Source: Tubiluchus corallicola (Eukaryota > Animalia > Priapulida). Taken from it: a stretch of DNA of 64,000 nt. The notes under the pieces are model-generated. The model made no database searches, was not told the DNA's origin, and saw nothing but the letters and a program-made list of their open reading frames with translations. Positions 58,615 to 64,000 of this stretch are shown here, in pieces. Position 1 is the first letter of the stretch; the number at the start of each line of letters is the position of its first letter. The stretch covers positions 82,435 through 146,434 of the forward strand of contig JAQGDQ010000544.1 of assembly GCA_030141605.1 (NCBI GenBank). Direction: 5' to 3'. Position numbers and translations under genes: made by a program.

Positions 58615-59010
58615 CTGTACCTGACTGTCTGACGTCCAGACTGGTTGACCCCACTCCACTAGGCAGCAAAAACCGAAACTGGGGGTGAGGAGATAATGCT
58701 CCTAGTGTCTAACTATAGTAACTTGTAATACATCAAATGAAAGCGCTCGATGAGACAAATTTAATGATTTAGTGTAAACATGTTTTATGAACATCGTATT
58801 TAAAATAAAATAAATTACTTATCTGACTCCAGATTGGCTGACCCTTGACTAAAGGGTCAGTTTGACTAAAGCGACATGCAATTCCCAGGCAGTCAAGTAC
58901 GGTGAATTCATTGAATTCATTGAAAGCGATGTTATGACCTTCAGAGCCTTGACCTTTGGTTTTGAGTGAGAAACTGGCAAACTCCAATTTCATTGCAGCT
59001 GTTGTAATGG
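58615..59010. mobile_element. Helitron/Helentron-like non-autonomous element fragment adjoining the satellite
   Basis: Motif ATACATCAAATGAAAGCGCTCGATGAGAC resembles the motif in the Helitron at 45575; hairpin CTGACCCTT-GACT-AAAGGGTCAG; TGACCTT motifs. Confidence 0.45.
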
Positions 59011-59015
59011 AGATT

Positions 59016-60015
59016 GAGTTGTGCTGTGTCAGCAGAACGTAACAAAAAGTACTTTGCCAGATTTGTGCTGTGTCAGCAGAACGTAAAAAGTGCTCTGCCA
59101 GAGTTGTGCTGTGTCAGCAGAACGTAAAAAAGTGCTTTTCCAGAGTTGTGCTGTGTCAGCAGAACGTAACAAAAAGAGCTTTACCAGAGTTGTGCTGTGT
59201 CAGCAGAACGTAAAATAGTGCTTTGCCAGAGTTGTGATGTGTCAGCAGAACGCAAAAAGTGCTCTGCCAGAGTTGTGCTGTGTCAGCAGAACGTAAAAAA
59301 GTGCTTTGCCAGAGTTGTGCTGTGTCAGCAGAACGTAAAAAGTGCTTTGCCAGAGTTGTGCTGTGTCAGCAGAACGTAAAAAAGTGCTTTTCCAGAGTTG
59401 TGCTGTGTCAGCAGAACGTAACAAAAAGAGCTTTACCAGAGTTGTGCTGTGTCAGCAGAACGTAAAATAGTGCTTTGCCAGAGTTGTGATGTGTCAGCAG
59501 AACGCAAAAAGTGCTCTGCCAGAGTTGTGCTGTGTCAGCAGAACGTAAAAAAGTGCTCTGCCAGAGTTGTGCTGTGTCAGCAGAACGTAAAATAGTGCTT
59601 TGCCAGAGTTGTGATGTGTCAGCAGAACGCAAAAAGTGCTCTGCCAGAGTTGTGCTGTGTCAGCTGAACGTAAAAAAGTGCTCTGCCAGAGTTGTGCTGT
59701 GTCAGCAGAACGTAAAAAAGTGCTCTGCCAGAGTTGTGCTGTGTCAGCAGAACGTAAAATAGTGCTTTGCCAGAGTTGTGATGTGTCAGCAGAACGCAAA
59801 AAGTGCTCTGCCAGAGTTGTGCTGTGTCAGCAGAACGTAAAAAAGTGCTCTGCCAGAGTTGTGCTGTGTCAGCAGAACGTAAAATAGTGCTTTGCCAGAG
59901 TTGTGATGTGTCAGCAGAACGCAAAAAGTGCTCTGCCAGAGTTGTGCTGTGTCAGCAGAACGTAAAAAAGTGCTTTGCCAGAGTTGTGCTGTGTCAGCAG
60001 AACGTAACAAAAACA
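59016..60015. repeat. ~42-bp satellite array, about 24 copies
   Basis: Unit CCAGAGTTGTGCTGTGTCAGCAGAACGTAAAAAAGTGCTCTG, head-to-tail without spacers. Confidence 0.95.
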
Positions 60016-60219
60016 TGCATGACGGGTATATGTTGTGTTTACATCACAGAATTAATCCCAGTTCAAGCTGGGTAGATTTTCTTGACTACGTACGGAGCTA
60101 ATCACTGAATGTCCAGTACCCATTGTGCACTTTCTGGCTGAGTGACCGTTTGCTATTGTGACAAACTTAAACAATACGTAGGCTTACATGCACACTTAGC
60201 CAACCTCGAAATAATTTAC

Positions 60220-61960
60220 ATGGACGCCAGACTATGACAAACTTCAGTATGATGCACACGCCAGACTATGACTAACTTCAGTATGATGTGCACGCCAGAC
60301 TATGACTAACTTCAGTATGATGTGCACGCCAGACTATGACTAACTTCAGTATGATGCACACGTCAGACTGTGACTAACTTCACTATGATGTGCACGTCTG
60401 ACTATGACTAACTTCAGTATGATGTGCACGCCAGACTACATCTAGCTTCAGTATGATGTGCACGCCAGACTATATCTAACTTCAGCATGATGTGCACGCC
60501 AGACTATAACTAACTTCAGTATGATGTGCACGCCTGACTATAACTAACTTCAGTATGATGTGCACGTCTGAGTATAACTAACTTCAGTATGATGCACATG
60601 CCAGACTATATCTAACTTCAGTATGATGTGCACCCCAGACTATGACTAACTTCAGTATGATGTGCACGCCAGACTATATCTAACTTCAGCATGATGTGCA
60701 CGCCAGACTATAACTAACTTCAGTATGATGTGCACGCCTGACTATAACTAACTTCAGTATGATGTGCACGCCTAACTATATCTAACTTCAGCATGATGTG
60801 CACGCCAGACTATGACTAACTTCAGTATGATGTGCACGTCTGACTATGACTAACTTCAGTATGATGTGCACGCCTGACTTTAACTAACTTCAGTATGATG
60901 TGCACGCCAGACTATATCTAACTTCAGCATGATGTGCACGCCAGACTATAACTAACTTCAGTATGATGTGCACGCCTGACTATATCTAACTTCAGTACGA
61001 TGTGCACGCCTAACTATATCTAACTTCAGTATGATGTGCACGCCTGACTATAACTAACTTCAGTATGATGTGTACGCCTGACTATAACTAACTTCAGTAG
61101 GATGTGCACGCCTGACTATATCTAACTTCAGTACGATGTGCACGCCTAACTATATCTAACTTCAGCATGATGTGCACGCCAGACTATGACTAACTTCAGT
61201 ATGATGTGCACGTCTGACTATGACTAACTTCAGTATGATGTGCACGCCTGACTATAACTAACTTCAGTATGATGTGCACGCCTGACTATATCTAACTTCA
61301 GTACGATGTGCACGCCTAACTATATCTAACTTCAGTATGATGTGCACGCCTAACTATATCTAACTTCAGTATGATGTGCACGCCTGACTATAACTAACTT
61401 CAGTATGATGTGCACGTCTGAGTATATCTAACTTCAGTATGATGTGCACGCCTGACTATATCTAACTTCTGTATGATGTGCACGCCTGATTATATCTAGC
61501 TTCAGTATGATGCACGCGTCAGACTGTGACTAACTCCAGCATGATGTGCACGCCTGACTATGACTAACTTCAGCATGATGTGCACGCCTGACTATGACTA
61601 ACTTCAGTATGATGTGCACGCCAGACTATGACTAACTTCAGTATGATGCACACGTCAGACTGTTACTAACTTCAGTATGATGTGCACGCCTGACTATATC
61701 TAACTTCAGTACGATGTGCACGCCTGATTATAACTAACTTCAGTATGATGTGCACGCCAGACTATGACTAACTTCAGTATGATGTGCACGTCAGACTATA
61801 ACTAACTTCAGTATGATGTCCACGCCTGACTATAACTAACTTCTGTATGAAGTGCACGCCTGACTATAACTAACTTCAGTATGATGTGCACGCCTGACTA
61901 TAACTAACTTCTGTATGAAGTGCACGCCTGACTATAACTAACTTCTGTATGATGCACATG
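60220..61960. repeat. 34-bp satellite array, about 51 copies
   Basis: Unit GATGTGCACGCCAGACTATGACTAACTTCAGTAT, head-to-tail. Confidence 0.95.
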
Positions 61961-62920
61961 GACGCCTAAGACTGTGACGAACTTAAAACTAATGTAATTG
62001 CACATCCTGTGGGGTGCAGATGTAAAAAATGATAATCCACAAAAGGGTAGCTTTTCAAGCTTTTATAATTATGGATTTTATGCTTTTATTGTGAAACTTT
62101 AAGCCTGAGGTGAATCCTCGTACCTGATAAAAAACAGAACCTTTTTCTATGGATTCACATGCTTATGCACAATAATATTTTGTTTTGCATAATAATATTA
62201 CCGTAATTTCAAAATCTATATTTTTTACGAATTACCAAATCCCAGCCAGTAATATCCAGGCTGATATTTACATGAGTAAGCCGAAACCCGTCAATTATAG
62301 GTAGTGTGCTAATGGTCTGATAGCTTTGCGCAATTCTATACGGTTCTTCATTACCAGGCAGATGCGCAGTAATGCATTGAATTGAGATGTAGCCAACAGG
62401 TGAGCAAGGCAGGTAGGACAGCTTACCTGAGTCTCAGAGCTATCCAGAGATGAACGAGACGAACGTTCCTCATTGCTGTACTATAATTTTGGTGTTGCGA
62501 GTTATCTTTGCATTATCATATTTGATTTATCAACAATGGATGCCAGTTTTCTGATTCTTTAGTGAAATTTGGTTTGTAGAACTTCAATAAATTAAAACGT
62601 TGAGGAAATAGCGACGTGATTATTTACGTGATCTAATAAATCTATCCAACTTAGAAAGTGAGTTTCTTGAGGAATTTCACAGACGATTATGATCAGAATT
62701 AAAAATAATTACAATTCGTGCTATTTAACACAATATTATACAGTAATATATAATTGCAAGACATTATTCCTTCTGTTGACTTTACGTTTCCGATAAATAA
62801 ACGTCAATAAAAATGCGTCGTGTAATACTGACGTAATTGCATCTGTATTTATTAAATTGCACAAACATTACCAATTGGCACAAACATTTTAAATTATTAG
62901 TCTAGTTACATAAGTCTTTC

Positions 62921-63298
62921 CAGCAGGTAAGTGAAATGCTAAGTAATATAGATTTGCACGGAAAGATTTTGGGTCATAATTTAACATTGCCTTTTCTTCC
63001 CCTGATTTACGTGGCGTAGTGACGTCATGTAATGGCGCCGTCGGAACAGTATTGCTGGAGATTTAAAATGAAGACAAACAAAAGATCCTTTCAACGCGAA
63101 TACGATATGTGCATAAAATTGCTGTAAAGTAGCATAATTTTTAAGGCGATTTTTCTGAAACCTATTTTAGGTGCCCCTTTTCTTGTCCTTTAAACATGGT
63201 TGTACATAAGCAGTTTTACCGATATTTATCATCCATTTAAATAACTTCTCTCATTTAAATAACGTTTTATTTAATTCTTTTTCAATCTTTTGGTGCAG
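62921..63298 (+). promoter_or_regulatory. Putative 5'UTR intron of the PstS-like gene, containing a CRE palindrome
   Basis: Consensus donor CAG|gtaagt at 62927, acceptor at 63297-63298 and TGACGTCA at 63020-63027. Confidence 0.4.
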
Positions 63299-63392
63299 GC
63301 CTATCAACTAGACCAAATAAAGCTGCTACTCATCAGGGAGGACAAACAGAACAAACAAAGCTAATTAATACACACGTTTTACTCATCAAATA

Positions 63393-63730
63393 ATGACACT
63401 AATTGCAACTATAGCATTTTTACGACTTCTGATCCTATACCTAACATCTCCAGTTCTGGAAACGTGTGCTTACGATGATAGAACTCTAAGAGGAGCAGGG
63501 GCTTCATTTCCTAACAAGGTCTATCAGAGTTGGGTGACCGCATACCAGTCCGAAAGGCAGAAGTGGTTATACTTGACGTCGTCGTATGATGCCATTGGCA
63601 GCGGAAACGGCAGAAAAAGAATTAAAAGTGCGGCAACAAGTGGCATTGATTACGCTGGTAGTGACAGCTTGCTGAAGAAAAGTGATTATGAAGAGAATCC
63701 AGATCTTCAGATGTTTCCAAGTCTTATTGG
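63393..63730 (+). CDS. First coding exon of a secreted or membrane protein with a PstS-like (periplasmic phosphate-binding, type 2 PBP) domain; gene continues beyond the window
   Basis: Hydrophobic signal peptide followed by LRGAGASFPNKVYQSW...YDAIGSGNG...IDYAGSD...LQMFPSLIG, colinear with the PstS N-terminus (GAGATFP...YQGIGSSGG...VDFGASD...FPTVIG). Donor GG|gtaagt at 63731; upstream acceptor with a pyrimidine tract, AG at 63297-63298. Confidence 0.88.
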
Positions 63731-63762
63731 GTAAGTTACTCTGTGCACTTTTTTGGGTAACT

Positions 63763-64000
63763 GTAGTAGTAGTAGTAGTGACAGTGGTAGTGGTAGTGGT
63801 AGTGGTAGTGGTAGTGGAAGTGGTAGTGGTAGCGGTAGTGGAAGTGGAAGTAGTAGCGGTAGTGGTAGTGGTAGTGGTAGTGGTAGTGGTATTGATAGTG
63901 GTAATGGAAGTGGTAGTTGTGGCAGTGGCAGTGGTACTGATAGTGGTAATGGAAGTGGTAGTAGTGGTAGTGGCAGTGGTATTGATAGTGGTAATGGAAG
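63763..64000. repeat. (GGTAGT)n-like hexamer repeat, intronic, runs off the window
   Basis: Read directly; begins about 30 nt after the donor of the PstS-like exon. Confidence 0.9.

Noticed and set aside
59016-61960. CRISPR-like appearance of the 42-bp and 34-bp arrays
   Set aside because: Units are head-to-tail with no unique spacers, there are no cas genes, and the context is eukaryotic.
62255-62300. Hammerhead-ribozyme-like CTGAT...CGAAAC motif
   Set aside because: The CUGAUGA core is broken and the required stems could not be formed.
63393-63730. Bacterial contamination as the source of the PstS-like ORF
   Set aside because: The ORF is cut by a canonical spliceosomal donor mid-domain, has an upstream acceptor, has no pstCAB context and is flanked by host-type repeats.
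63763-64000. Gly-Ser linker-coding exon
   Set aside because: It begins right after the donor and an in-frame TAA with no good acceptor, so it is best read as an intronic repeat.

Overview
AT-rich, intron-rich animal genomic DNA, most likely from an invertebrate; it is not prokaryotic. The window holds a cluster of three paralogous type II membrane M1 zinc aminopeptidase (aminopeptidase N-like) genes, which I reconstructed by hand exon by exon with GT-AG boundaries. Gene A is on the minus strand (ATG 11696); exons 1-14 are visible and the gene runs off the left edge. Gene B is on the minus strand (31294-13430; 22 exons; about 984 aa). Gene C is on the plus strand (35941-58329; 22 exons; about 975 aa) and lies head-to-head with B. 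All three keep GAMEN, HEXXH-X18-E and the catalytic Tyr, but they differ at substrate-pocket residues and are a patchwork of near-identical tracts. One tract is a ~1 kb inverted repeat between B and C covering exon 8, intron 8 and exon 9. At the right end begins an intron-containing gene whose first coding exon encodes a signal peptide and the start of a bacterial PstS-type phosphate-binding domain. Introns and intergenic DNA contain many microsatellites, two large satellites (42 bp and 34 bp units), two solo LTRs, RTE and other LINE remnants, a DD41D Tc1/mariner remnant, Kolobok-like MITEs, a Helitron and several foldback elements. Most entries in the supplied ORF track are microsatellite artefacts or single exons.
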